A stretch of DNA of 64,000 nt from Psammoneis japonica (GCA_008632985.1 QPGO01000101.1:62001-126000), one strand, 5' to 3'. Counted from the first letter of the stretch, positions 22,661 to 36,058 are shown. A program made the numbers and translations. The notes: generated by a model from the sequence alone, not told the origin.

Positions 22661-24607
22661 ACGTTGCGGTGTGTGTTGCAGCTGCTCTCTGCTGCTAGAG
22701 ACCATTGAATCGAAGTGAATTCTGGCAGTTTAACCACCTGTCAGGTCATGTGAAGTGGCTGTTCTTCAGCCGGGTGTCGCGGCTTCAGTCAAGGTTGACA
22801 GAGAAATGGTTGCAAGTTGTGTCTGCTCTTTGAGTTTGGATTTGTTAAATCAAGGGTCTCCTGTGGAGAGAGTCAGAGCATTCTGGAGTGAATCAGTGCA
22901 CTCTGATTGGTGTGTCAGAGTCGCCAATGGCTCTGCTTTGGAGTGAGAAAGCCACAGCCCACCCAGCAAGAACCAACCAATGCAGCACTTGCCAGTTGCC
23001 CCCAGTGCCATTTGAGGTCTTTTGGCTGGCTGAGGTGCAAAGCTCAGTGGAGAGATGTCTCAGACCAGCACTCAACAAGTGCACAGGAAAAGAAAGCAAA
23101 AAAGCTGCAGCTCAACTTGACAAAACACCAGGGCCTCGCCCCTGCGCCAGCTGCCCAGGTTGGCTGCGAGGTGTGTCAAAATGTTCTTGGCAAAGCTTGC
23201 TTTGTGGATGCCACTGTCAGCTGTTTCTTTTCTGGTCCATTTGAACAGCCCTCAATCTTCAGAACCTTCTTGCTCTGTGTGCCTTGTCCTCTCTTTTGTG
23301 TGTGTGCATGTGTGTGTGTGTGTGTGTGTGTGTGCTTTGACAGACAACAATGCATCAAATTTGTTCGCTCCACATGTCTTTTCCCATTTGACTGTTTTGA
23401 TTGCCTCATTTGCTTCAGTCTTGTGTGCATCTTTGTGAGTTTTTAAGCTCCAAGAGTGGCTTTTGTTGAGCGACAATGAAAGCTGGAGGTGGAGCCCAGG
23501 TGCACGCCAAAGTTGCTCCCACTGGCAAGCCACACTGCATCATGCAAGTCGTGCACCAGAGAAATGCAGCATGTCAGCAGAGAATGTGGAACAGCAACAA
23601 TCAACAAGGTGTGAGGAAGGGGCTCAAGGTTGCCACAAAGCAAGAAAAGTCTTTGGAAACACAAAAAGCACAGCCCAAGGCAGCAGGAGCTTGGCCAGCA
23701 AAGTTGTCCAAAGCTCAAGCATTTGCGCCAAAGCCAACAACAGTGCTGTCAAGGCACAGGTGGTCAAGGAGCAAAACAAAAGGAGAGCCAGACATGCCAA
23801 AAACCAAAGCAGCAAATGGTTGCAAAGAGCACAGAAAAATTGGCTTGAGCAAGTGCAAAGAGAGAGAGCCTCCAACAAGCTGCTGTGAAAGAAGGCTGGA
23901 TGGCAGCACACAGACAGCACCTTTGGTGTCAAGATGTCATTTTTTTTTTAAAAGTGTGACATTCAATGCAAAAGGCATGCTTCAAGCAAACTTGAAAAAC
24001 TGGTGGTGCTTCTTGTCATGTCAAAAAAAAATGCACCACAAAAATGTGCTGAGTTGAGACTGTCCTAGCCCTGGTTTGCAGTGCTGTCCATTTTCAGGTG
24101 ATTTGTGAGTTGCAAAAATGGCACCACCATCTGTTTTGTGGCTCTCTGCAGTTGGGCACATTGCAGCTTCATTGGCATGCTTGCCCCCGCGTGTCAGCAC
24201 GGAAGTTGTGTGCTGATTTGCCAAGACAGACAAAACATGGATGAAAGCTGACAACAATGGCGTGTTTGTCTTTCTTCTCATCAATCAAACACAATGATGC
24301 AGAGCAGTCGTTACAAAAAGCCAATTTGACGCATCATTGCAACTTAGAGAGTCCAATTGGAAACTAGGCGGCGGCGTGGACTCGATTGCCCATTGTCGTA
24401 TCGAAAGAGAGAGAGAAAAATTGTAATTTTGTCTTGTGTTGCTCACGTCTTATTGCTACAATCGATTATGGTTTTTGTTTTGCAAAGAGATAATCCAATT
24501 CTTCACGTTGACATGGCATTTGCAGACATTTACCAACCAAGCACACATCACATAAGTATAATTCCATCCCATCCACACATGTATATTTCCCTTTCCATAC
24601 ACACACA

Positions 24608-25315
24608 TTAAAGCCCCGATTCTTCATACGACACATACGAGGCACTCGCTTCATCTTGTTGATGTTGTTTTTGATAAGACGGCGTATCCACCGGACTCGA
24701 TACGACTTTGTCTCGAAAATTCGTTAACAACAAAGTAAAGAATCCCAATACCAAACAAATACAGAGTGCCAAATTGGCAAAGGCATGATTGGTTCCGCCG
24801 CACCAAAGGAATAGGTATGAAAGGTTGTAAACAAGATTAAATTTTGATTCACCAACACCAACAAGATTCCCAAAAAGAAACCCACGGAAAAATTCGTGGG
24901 AAATCTCTTGAGCACAAACGTCCCAATCACGGCAAGTACCAAATGAATACATCCCGTCCAAATGGTTCCCACCATGACGGCCTTGCTTCCGTCGTTGGAG
25001 TTTAAATTGAGCACTGTGAAAAAAAAATAGAGAGAGAAAGCATTTTAAACATGGATGCAAATCAAAACATGCCGTAAGGAATCACACATACATGTACAAA
25101 CAATTCATACACAAATTCGACTACTTATAGTATTACTCACTCTCCACAATGGCTAGTACAAAGTATAATAAAATAAAGACAAGCGAAATACCCCACGCAC
25201 GATGAACCGATCCTTTGGGATCGTCATTGCACGAAGCAAACATTTTCGCCAAGAGTCGATTCGATTGACGAACACCACGATCAAAGTGAGAGGCTGTTTC
25301 TTCCGTGTCCGACAT
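24608..25315 (-). CDS. Conserved-looking 4-TM membrane protein, ~190 aa; exon 1 25315-25141, intron 25140-25014, exon 2 25013-24608 (one frameshift near 24795)
   Basis: MSDTEETASHF...WGISLVFILLYFVLAIVE is spliced (gtgagt...ttttcacag) in phase to MLNLNSNDGSKAVMVGTIW...LKRFPT. It continues in another frame as GTNHAFANLAL...EESGL*. Four hydrophobic helices; TpA-retaining island. Confidence 0.8.
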
Positions 25316-25695
25316 GATGACTGATGATGATGATGTGGAATGGCCCAATACTATATAGAGAGAAACGGATTGACACTACAAGTAGTATGTCGGAAGCAAC
25401 AACAACAGAGCGACGGAGAAGAAGAATGACACTCTCGGGCCCTACGCTCTTGTTGTTGTTGTTCGCATGTTTGTCGCATGCAATCTCCCGGCGCGTTTTG
25501 CGTTTTGGCGGGAAACAATGAGGAATTAACATATTATATGGAACTAATATATCATTCATCCCAACGGTAGCAGACTTCTCTCATTAAAACATAGTGCTTG
25601 GCGTACAATCGGATATTTATAGAAAATATAGCTATAAGGTACTGTAATATGCAAGCAAAACGGGATTTAAACTTATAAAGCACGTAGAAATAAAT

Positions 25696-28417
25696 AAGAC
25701 TGGCCACATAGAAAGGTGCTAACGGAGCTCGAAATAGCTCGTATGGTCGATTTTGAGGTATGGATACCGATCGAAAGCTCTTGATCTCAGCTCTTCAGCG
25801 ATGTATGTGTCAATGGCTGGCAATGCTTCCTTGACATTTTATTAGCCATAAACTAAATTAACGGCTTGAATTGTTTACTATGAGTGTTTTGACCGTTGAG
25901 GAATTGCGCGAAATAACATACCAAGAAAGTCACGTACACAAGTTGTATAAAAGCATATAATTTTTAAGATTATATAAGTCTATACAAATTATTAAGCACT
26001 TAACATAAGGTTCGAATTTGAAATTCTCTTGGTGGAGGCAACAAGAGCAAAAGCAGAAGCGTCACAAAAAAAATGGCGCGGCCGAAACTAACCAAAGGCG
26101 TCAAGGACGATGAGGCGGCAGAAAAGTTCTACGATTGGCTTTCCGACCCTAACGAGTCTCCCATTTTCCATGAATGTTGTGTCCAGGTAACTGCAAAGAA
26201 ACCCACGAAATGTCAGTGTCTGCAGAAGCTGAGAGCAATGTTGGAGAACAACGACACCTCCGTCGTGAAAATGTTGAGCAACTGCCTCGTGTACTTTGAA
26301 AGACTGGGGTGCACAGAAACACATGCTACTTTTACATCCTGGATTAAATGTTCTACTTTCATTCAGAAGCATGCATGCAAGGGTGATTGTCGCTGCTTTG
26401 TTTTGCCGCTGTTGAAAACTGACGACAACGATGAGGAGGAGGCGGAGGAGGGGACGCCGCCGGATGATCATCTGGTCTGCTATGGTGCCCTCCTTGCATT
26501 GCCAGGCAAAGGGAGAAAGTTCTGGAGAACCGCCAAGTTGAGTGCAAAGAGCGGTGTCTTTCCGAAACATGGTCTCAAAGGGAAGACTGGGCAGAACGCG
26601 AACAAGACGCTTGCACCCGAAATGCACACAGCCCTTCACGCACATTTTGATGACATAAAGGAACTTTCTGAGCCACATGCAACGAGACTGGTTAGAGAAG
26701 AGACAGGTGTCGGCTTGAGAGATGAAGACACACACGACTCACCTCCCACCGTGAAAAAGCGTGGATTGTACAAACGGTGCGGACAAGAAAATGGTTGGAC
26801 CCTTAAATCGAACCACAAAGGCAAGTTTCTTAAGGCGGAACCAATCGAAGGAGAAGACCAGCAACCAATGTGCTCCTGGGCACAATTTTGCAAGTTCTGG
26901 AAAAAGAACTGTCCTGAAATTGTCGTGAGAAGGCCCACTCGTGACATCTGCGACGAATGCCACAAGTTCGCAAATGGCTTCAGGATGAAAGCAATGAAAG
27001 AAAAGACGGGGGGTGAGAGCGACGACAACGAGGATGAGGAGGAGGAGAGCGATGATGATGAAGAAGATGGAGCAGATGCAGAGGTGAGAATGAAAGAGAT
27101 TGAAGAACATGAAAATGAAACATCACACGCCGCAAAGCACGTCGAGTGGGCTCGAAAGCAACGGACACTCGTGCAACAGCACATTTCGGAAGCGATGGAA
27201 CACGCAAAAGCCGACAAGGCACACGGCGAGTGAACTTACGTGAGGATTGGTGGCTGTTGTCAAAATGGTGGGCTGCCACATTTTGGGGCGGATCAGCCAG
27301 GGGAGACGCACTGCTTCTCTCCTTTGACGATCAACATGTTTGGGGTTGCCGATCCTGTGGGGAAAAAAGTTGTGACGGTGACGGAAGATGAGTTCAAGGA
27401 TTTTTTGCATGCATGCATCTGCCATGAGGGCACTGGCCAAAAGGGAGGTGACAATGTTGCTTCCCTTGTGATGAAGCACTTGCATGATGGTGGATTGTTG
27501 GATGTCAGTGAGGGTCCAGGCGGAAAGCTCGTATTGATTTTTGACAACTGCATCGGGCAAAACAAAAACAACACGGCATTGAGACTTGCTTCTTGCATGG
27601 TGGAACAAGGACATTTCAAAGAAGTGAGCATTGTTTTTTTGATGAAAGGGCACACCAAGAATGCCTGTGACAGGCTCTTCAACAGCCTCAAGCAAACTTG
27701 CCGTGACAAGAACATCGGCATGTTCCGCAAACTCTTGACAGCCTTGGACACCTCCGAATGCGTTCAGGTCGTTGAAGCAAAGGAGGAGGATTTTGTGGGG
27801 CATGGAGCACATTTTGACCAACATTGCAAGAAGTGCAGCGCAGTTGCGAAGTGCCACTGCTTTGAAGTGACAGATTCTTCGGAACCTGCGGCAGTGACAA
27901 TGAAAGCAGCAGACGGTGAGCCAGAAGTTAGCGAGGATCTCAAGAAGAGGAAGACAGAATCGAGCGAGCAACGAAAACAGAACTTGCAAACGTCACAACC
28001 ACTTGCCTCAACAGCTCCAGGTGTCAAGGATGTCAAGAAGGTCGAGCTTTGTTCCAAGCATCGGCCGCTTCTTGACAAGGCAGACCAAGACGAGATGTGC
28101 CCTCATCCTGGAGACGACGTCCTCAATCGCGTTGCGAAAAGCAAGAGAGAGAAGCGGAAGAACAAGCAGGCGGAGAGCGCTGAGCAGATGGCGCGAAATA
28201 AGAAAAAGAAAACCGCCAAAGCCAATGCAGTTCTTTCGGAGAGGGACACAAATAAAAATTAACAGCAGTCCTTGTGCACATGCAAATTTCATGCAATGTT
28301 TTGTGTTGATGCTTTAATTGTTTGATGTCGCTCAAAAATCTTGTGAGTGCCATTTTCTCGAAACAAATTTTGAGAGCTCGAGAGCGCGCGTTAGCACCTT
28401 TTTATGTGGCCAGTCTT
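25696..28417 (+). mobile_element. Full-length Sola-superfamily (Sola1-like) DNA transposon
   Basis: 29-bp TIRs aagactggccacatagaaaggtgctaacg / cgttagcacctttttatgtggccagtctt (1 mismatch). 4-bp TSD aaat at 25692-25695 and 28418-28421, matching the AWWT target of Sola1. Internal transposase. Confidence 0.85.
26073..28262 (+). pseudogene. Sola-type transposase, interrupted by an in-frame TGA at 27231-27233 and TpA-eroded
   Basis: Two in-frame ORFs (386 and 340 aa). Motifs RPTRDICDECH, QPGET(HC)FSPL, HEG..QKGGDNVAS, FDNCIGQNKN and FLMKGHTKNACDRLF. Confidence 0.88.
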
Positions 28418-29342
28418 AAATGCAGCTACTTACATGATCTGTAGCGTCTGTACAAACACAGCTGTCTGTCCTTCATCAACAGGGTCAACTCGGATTTTGA
28501 GCACACAGAGACAGTGTGAGTTCAAAAGCAGCACATGTTGTCGCAAGCAGTCTGTAAATCAAACATTCAATGTGTAAAAGACCAAGGACTTCAAGTAAAA
28601 CAAAGGAGTGCAATCATGCAAAGTGAGATTTGTCACATCTCATGTCAAGTCAAACCTGGTTGCACAAGCGGCCAGTTGTTCTGCTGCACATGAAAGAAGA
28701 GTTGCATTGTGCCCGATTCTTCAGCCACTCATTTTTGGTCCTGCTTGTGCACTGCAATGTCAGAGACACTTGCACATGGTGCCCAGTCGTGCACTGGCAT
28801 CTGCAGCATTGGTGCTGCCGCTCCAACATTGAGCCCATGATGCTTGGCCCCTGACTTTTTGCCCTCTTGACCCAAACAAAAAATGAGAGGCTCCTTCAAA
28901 CTGCTTCAACACAAGTGGTCATTTTTCCTCCACATGCCGGACGAAGGTGGGTGCCAAACCGCTTGGCTTGTCTGTGACACCAAACAGCCTGTCTGTTGTC
29001 AACACATGACACAAAACAACAAAATGTCACATCGTTGGTTCAACGTTTGTCACAATCAAGAGGTGCCAACAAAGGGAGTCAGCTTTGCAGATTGTTGCCT
29101 GATGTCACTGAGGTTGCATGATGCTGTTGATGCAGCGAGTTTTGAGAACGGGAATGTTGTTGCGCACGACTCAAAGCATTGCGCGAAGTCGCGCATCCCA
29201 AAACTCAGCCCTCCCGACTACCGACACCGTATCCCGACTCCCTGCTCCCAATGAAAAAAAGATGAAACATGAGTTCCCCCAACCATTAAAAACACCCAAA
29301 CACCACAAACCACAAACACAACTCTTTGCCACACTTGAAACG

Positions 29343-30275
29343 ATGAAATGGACCATTCGACCTGCTGCTTTACATGCTGTCACGAAATGCTGCGATTTGT
29401 CATACTCCGGCCTCAAGGGACTCTATCGAAAAGACTGCCAAGTTGCAGAATCTGAGAACATCCAAGTTCTGCCAAGAGCCCCGCTGGCCAAAGTTCGGAC
29501 GCTCCAATGGAATGTGCACTGTTGGACTGCAGCGCACGACGATGATTCACCAGAGATTACAAACGGCATCACATCTGCTGTTCTTGAAGCAGATGCTGAT
29601 GTCATGGTCTTGAATGAATGCGCAATGTACAACAACACACAGGGTGCATCGCAAGTTCAGTTCGAAACAGAACTAGCTGGAAAGGGGCATGTCTGGCGTT
29701 GTGCCGACGTTACATTTCCAACCTTTGTGGCTGCACGGCATTACATTTTTCAAAGTGAAGAGGTTGGCTGGTGTGAGAATCGCAGCGCTTTGGTCCTGCT
29801 TGTTGGTCCGTCAGCCACATCGCCCCCTTGGGAACGGATCTGGGTCGTTGGAACACACCTGGACGATAGACAAGGCTCTACAAGACAGAAACAAATGAAA
29901 ATGCTGCTAGAACATCTCAACACAAAGACAAAGTCGTCTGACAAAATCATCTTGATGGGCGATTTGAATGAACCACGAACTCAAGATTACGAAACGGAAG
30001 AATGGATGTCCATGTTAGAGAGCAAAACGAAACGAGGCATTGATCCACGAATGGATGAACTGTCAAACATGCTGCAGCAAGCAGGACTCCACTGCGCATG
30101 GGATGGCAATCAAACGACAGATGACAAAAACTGGCTGACGCCTGATCCACCAGCAACCCATTGGATGGGGACGATCGTCGATTGTTCCTGTGGCAAACTC
30201 GTTGAGGCGATCCGTGTTTCTGTCAGTCCTGCAGGATGGTCGGATCATCGTATGACTGCATGTGACTGGAGCTGA
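29343..30275 (+). CDS. Endonuclease/exonuclease/phosphatase (EEP) domain protein, partly TpA-eroded, possibly a pseudogene
   Basis: Motifs LQWNVH, DVMVLNE, GTHLDD, ILMGDLN, THW.GTIVD and WSDH. ORF open. VDCSCG is probably derived from VDYSYG. Start chosen at the ATG at 29343. Confidence 0.75.
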   Translation: MKWTIRPAALHAVTKCCDLSYSGLKGLYRKDCQVAESENIQVLPRAPLAKVRTLQWNVHCWTAAHDDDSPEITNGITSAVLEADADVMVLNECAMYNNTQGASQVQFETELAGKGHVWRCADVTFPTFVAARHYIFQSEEVGWCENRSALVLLVGPSATSPPWERIWVVGTHLDDRQGSTRQKQMKMLLEHLNTKTKSSDKIILMGDLNEPRTQDYETEEWMSMLESKTKRGIDPRMDELSNMLQQAGLHCAWDGNQTTDDKNWLTPDPPATHWMGTIVDCSCGKLVEAIRVSVSPAGWSDHRMTACDWS

Positions 30276-30596
30276 TGTCTGTTTTGAAAAAATGAGGCAG
30301 AATCAACTTTTTGTTGCGACACAAAAGAGATTTTTGACCACAGGAGCACCTGTGTCAACCGTTGGAGAGTCCCTTTGTTTTGCATCAAAACTCAAAACAC
30401 CACGGGCGCGGAGCGAGCGGTGGATGGAGGACAGCATTTTAATTGGGAGTCGCCACCCGCCACGATAAACCGACTGCCGAGAAACCATTCCACGCTGATG
30501 AGCATTGTTGTGTGGCATTGTAGGAGGAGCAGAGACACTTCAAACGCACACACACAATTCTTGTTGAACTCCAAAAAGAAAAACTCCAACAACAAC

Positions 30597-33006
30597 ATGG
30601 CTTTTGTTCTCCATGATGCAAAGGATCTTGTGTGGCAAGACACCTTTGCCAAGCCGTCGCCGCAAAGGAAAAAAAAAAGCAGGGACAACTGAAGACAATG
30701 ATGGTCCACCCGAATGGTCGACATTGCAACAGCTTTTGAAAAAAAAACTCAATTACAGCAAGAATGATGACAGAAAAAAGCTCGTGTCAATGATTCGTCC
30801 TGAGGACGCCACTCACATTCCATAGATTCACATCGAATCTGGTGTCATCATGGACTGGAAAATCGCTCCATGTCGGATCTTACCGGAAAACCAAGGTGTC
30901 AAGTTGCAGGTCGTACATTGGATGATTTGCTGAGGGACATGATTCCTGCCATTTCCGAGGAATGCCGAAACGCGGCTGTCGACTGGGTCACGTCACCACC
31001 GCTCGTCCCTCCTGACTGCGTGTTTGAAACTGCTTTGGACCTCCAAGAAGACTGCCTGTTTCCCCTGCCATTGCCACTCCGAGTAGACCCGTGCGACGAC
31101 TGCTGCGCCAGCAGTGAGCATTGCTTTTTTGTGGAACTCCTCGTGACACGAGCCGATTTGTGTTCAAGATTGGGTTGCAAGATCAAGCCCAGTTTTTACT
31201 TGCCGGAACGAAATCAGGAAACCAATGGTTGGTTTGGTGGCTTGGAATGCACCCTCCGCCGTGTCGGAGTTCCATCACTGCAAAGTCTGTGCAAGGCAAT
31301 TCTGGACCACGATTGTTTCCACCCAGACGACAGTTTGTCAGTCAACGACGAAGAGCCCGGATCTGGTCCAAACGCGGCAGAGCAGCCGAAACAAAAGCGC
31401 TGGCATCAAGTTGTTGAACAAGATTTGCTACAACGCATGTCAAGTCGAATTCGATTACGTCAGCCGGTTGTTCTCCAGTGCGTGAAAGAAGTGCTCTATC
31501 ATGTCCGAGTCGCCATTCGTAGATTGGCAGTCAGCAAAAAGATTTGTTGGTTTACACAAGATTGGACCAACAACCCCGAGACGGCTGAACTGAACAGTTG
31601 GATTGTGACTGCTCTGGGTGGACAAGAGATTCTGGAGCAAAATGTCAAGGGCGGCAAACTGACATGGAAGCTAGCGTTTTCGGTGGGAGGCTCTCGAGAG
31701 CAAAAGATGTCTGGAGAGATGAAGCGACACGTGTTTGACGAAAGATGGCACCATTTTATGATGGATGTGTCTTGTTTTGTTGGAGAGTGTGCGCCTTCCA
31801 TTTGCCACGCTTCGGATTCGCCATGTGCCCATGTCGGAGGATCTTGCGCGGACAATGCTGACGCTGAAAATTGAAGGGGTGGAGCGTTGCGACGGGTCAT
31901 TTCAAGAGGAGCCGTACAAATCGTGGGCCGTTGTACGCGTGCCGGCGAACCTCAGTTTCTTTCAGTTGCACCGAGTTGTCACACAGACCATGAACAGCAA
32001 TGGCAGTGGTGTTCGAGCGACTCATGTCTGGAAATGCAAGAATTTTGCCAGCCGGTTTGAGACGCACTCTGTCGAACGCAAATTTCATTGCGTGCAATTG
32101 GGTGAAACGCACTTCACAGAAGACGGCCGCAGGGAAGATTGTGGATGTGACAGAGACGATTTGTTTCCTGGCGGAAATGCGTTGCGACAGCGAGTGTCAC
32201 GGACAGCTGCGCATTGCCACCAAGAAGTGCCGCTCTATTTCTCAGATTTTTCAAGTCTCTTGCCACAAGGAGAAAACGATTCTGTCAACAAAATCCGTGC
32301 GTGCATCCATTCAACATGCATCAATGCTGCTTTCTTTCATCCGGGGACAGAGGCGTGCCTCGAAGACGGCCTTGCTGCATGTTGTACAAAATGCAAGATT
32401 TCTTGCATGCGCATTGACCATCATGATGGTCCGCTCCCAAAGAAGCCTCACATCAATTCATTTCTTCCCAAGTGCTTGCGCGGGAAATCTGCTGACGACG
32501 GGGATGATTGGACAGTCGAAAACGCCAATGTGCAGCTCAGGCTTGATCGTGGGTGCCTGCGAAGGATTCCATGTAGAGTTGGCTCCAAAGACTGCATGCA
32601 GCAGATGCCGTGGTGTTGGACAGATGCTTTCTGGGGATTCCAAAGCGACGAGCATTTACGCAAGCCACTGGCAACAATGCTTGTCGGCTTGGACTCGAGC
32701 CCGATTTTTCTACACGGAGAGCCACCGCTGCCCCAATCCTCCCGGGGCAGCTGTGAAGCATGTGTCTCATTGTTGGATGGCAGGATTGATCCACATTTTC
32801 TTCAAGAGAATGTGGTTGATGACTTTGGGAATTTCTCTGTCCCTTTTCGTTGTGGTCAGAGATGCAGTTGGGATGGCGGTTTCAGCGATGGAGTTGTTGA
32901 TCCAGAGTTTGACGGTGCAGTGTGGGAGCGTGAGGTTGATGAGGAGATGCAGCAACGTGAAGATGCAAAGCAAGAAGCAAAACCCAAGTCTGGAGGGGCA
33001 AAGTGA
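30597..33006 (+). pseudogene. Decayed paralog of the 806-aa gene at 42227-44647
   Basis: Colinear over its full length. It has frameshifts (~30660-30700, ~30860, ~31825), an in-frame TAG at ~30823 and systematic Tyr to Cys/His replacement. Confidence 0.92.
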
Positions 33007-34396
33007 AAGGATCGAAATTGAGATGCCCTCATCAATGTCACACTGGAGTAAAATCATTTTAGAGGCTTTTGGATTCGCCATGTCGCAGTGTTTTCTTCTC
33101 AGTGTTGGCGTGTTCCAAAAGTGAAAGTAGATTGGAAAACAGGGGGGATCGGATTTAATTGTTAGATTCATTTGCAAGGCAACCGCACTGATTCTCTTGT
33201 TAACCCATGCCTGGACCTGCCACACTTTTCAGGTGAAAAGAGTCGGTCAAGCCACCATTGTGCACACCCGTGACTGCACGCAGCCTGAATTTCGAATGAT
33301 TGCTTTCCACCACAGCATGCAACCGCCCCATTTTTGCCAAATGCCCACATCAGTCAACTGACAGTGCACTGGTGTGAAGTCACACACACACACCTTTGGG
33401 GGCCCAGCTAGAATGGAGGTGAGTGTCAGTTGCTTGTCAATCACTGGAGTTTGGATCTCACTCTTGCCCATGTGACAGAGATTCATTTTCAAATGTCTGA
33501 CACCATGGAGAGGGGCACCTGTCAATTTTTTCAGGTGTGAGGGCGCTGTTTTGAAGAGCAGCACACTGACAATGCCAACCTCCCTGGCAATTCTGGCTCT
33601 GACAGGGGGGTCAAAGTTTGGCCAAAACTTGCAAAAAATGAGGAGTCAAGTGTGGGTCACACAGGATTTGCTGCTCTGGTGACTTGGGGCAGCATGATGA
33701 AGGGAGATTGGCTCTTTCTCAGTGCCAAGACCTGCCTTGCTGTGTGTTCTTTCCCCAGTCACCTGTTTTGCCAACATTGTGCTGTGCTTTTGCTGCAGCA
33801 GAAGGTCAGGGAGAATCTGACATGCACGTGTGATGCTGACTTTGCAGTTTTTGAGTGCTGCTGTTTTTCTTTTTCTTGTGTCTGCACCTGATGATCAGCT
33901 TGAGCTTCTGGAGAAGAGGGGTGGAGCGACGCATCTTGCAGCCCTGTTGCAAAGCAAAAGCACTGCACAACTTCAGATTTGTTGACTTTGCTGTGAAGAA
34001 AATGCATCACCAAGGAGGAGGGGGGGCTCTGCAGATCTGGATGTCAAAAGTCTTGTTCAAGGAAACTTCTGTTGCCCCAGCTCTCCAGCAGCAGCAGCCT
34101 GGCAGCTGGCTGCAAGCCCCCACCCACAGCCATGAGCACTGTGGTGCCAACCTGACAACCCTTGGAGGTTTGCAATCTGCAAGCAGCACCTGCTTGCAAC
34201 AAGCTTGCAGCAGCAGCCTCACCACACCTGAAAAAGCTGCTAAAGCCACTGTCCAGGTGGAGGCTGAAAAGAAACACAAAGTGCAACAAGTGCACATGCA
34301 ACCTTGTTTCAAAGTGAGCATGGGGCTTGCACTTGTGTGTTGATGCTGTGTGGCAGCTTGTTGGATTTGGCTCAAGCAGAGGCAGCTGGTCACACT

Positions 34397-34630
34397 CTTG
34401 TCATTTTTGCACCATGCCAGGCAGCAGCAGAATGTAGAATGTTGTCATCTTGGCACCTTGACAGTCAACTTCCCTCTGTGTGCCACAGCACCAAACAGAG
34501 CATGTTGTTGAGCACAGCAATTTTTGCGCTCTTGTCATTTTTGCACCATGCCAGGCAGCAGCAGAACATTGTGTCATCTTGGCACCTTGACAGTCAACTT
34601 CCCTCTGTGCCACAGTCCAAACAGAGCATG
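34397..34630. repeat. Tandem duplication, ~133-bp period
   Basis: tcttgtcatttttgcaccatgccaggcagcagcagaa...tcatcttggcaccttgacagtcaacttccctctgtg occurs at 34397 and 34530. Confidence 0.9.
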
Positions 34631-36058
34631 CAGAGCACAGCCATGTTTGGGCTGCGAAACAAGCAAAGGCATGCTTTGTGCTGTCTGCTTTTGTGTTTTG
34701 AAAACCCATGTGTGTGTGGCTGTGCTCCCCATGCACAAAGGCACACCATCAGAGAAGAGCACAGCTCTGCATGAAAAAAGCATTGAAAGCTTTGTTCAGT
34801 GTGTGGCTCAACAATTGTGCCACAAAAAACCCCACAAAACATTGGCCCGAAAGTGTGCAATGCAGAAAAGTGATGAATTTTTTGCTCTGAGAGACACCCC
34901 GCATGAGGGTGTGTTCTTTGAACTGGAGATGCCAGCGCACATGTGACATGCAATGCTGGCTGCAGCATCAACAATTTTTTTCATGCTGCACCATGTGTGA
35001 AAAAACATGTCAAGGTTTCTGCTGCTTTCGACAATGTTGTCATTTTTTCCAGAAGCCATGAGCACCACAAATGTGATGTTTTGACACATCATTGCTGGTT
35101 GACATCAGTGCTGATGACATTGATTGAAACATCATGCTTGCACTGTCCAGGAAACAACAGCCGACAACTTTGTGAGGGTGTTGAAAAAAGGCCACGAGAC
35201 TGCTGCCACTGACAATGACCCCCAGAAGCCTCAAAACAGGTGTGTGCATCATCTTGCTCACACCCACACTGACATGCTGAGTCTTGAGTCATGGTTGGAG
35301 ATTGCTTCAAGGCCTTCCACAGAACACAGTGGAAAGAAAATGACATGACCCAAGTTGCAAACTGCAAAGTTGCTTCTCTGTCATGCCATCCTTTTGCTCT
35401 GCTGCCGGCAGGTTGGCAAAGAAGCTGGCCAGCTGCACGCTGCATGGGGACACCCCTGACAAGAGCTGGGCTGTGGGCTTTTCTCCATCTTTTTGTCCCC
35501 GATTGCACCCCCGCGCCCACCCAAAAGAACTGGCAGCACCAGCAGAAAGTGGGCGTGCTTGCGTGCCGCACACACAAACCCAGAAGAGCCATTTCATTGC
35601 CACTCGTGTTCATGTTGGGTGCCGCCACATGAGTGTCATCATGCCTTGCGTGCAGGTGCCCCCGCGCGGACACACAAGAATTTTTTGACTCCCTCCGACA
35701 CGCGCTCGCTAAAAAAACCCGAAAAACGACTCCGGATGGCATCTTGTCGTTGATTGCAAGCAATTGGACGATTGTCGTGATGGTTTGACCAGTCGGAAAC
35801 GCTGCGCTAGTCCCTGAGATTGTATCACTTGAAGGTCTTGCAAAGATTTGAAGAGACACTCGAGAAATCTGCCAGGATTTGTTGTGCTTGGATGTCACTG
35901 AAATGCTGCACTTTTCTGTGCAATTCATTCTTTGTCGCATCTCCATCTTCCTCCCTTGCAGTCGCACCCATCTGTTCTGGTGATTCAGCATTGCACAGGC
36001 CATTGCGTGGCTTGAGCAGGCTGCAAGCAGATGAGACATTGTGTTGTGAAAAAACAAA

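Noticed and set aside
27231..27233. TGA read-through or selenocysteine in the Sola transposase
   Set aside because: It is most simply CGA>TGA by CpG decay in a decaying element.
32000..33124. 374-aa alternative-frame ORF overlapping the pseudogene
   Set aside because: The equivalent frame in the intact paralog (43623-44297) is stopped at a TAG that became TGG here, so it is a product of stop erasure.
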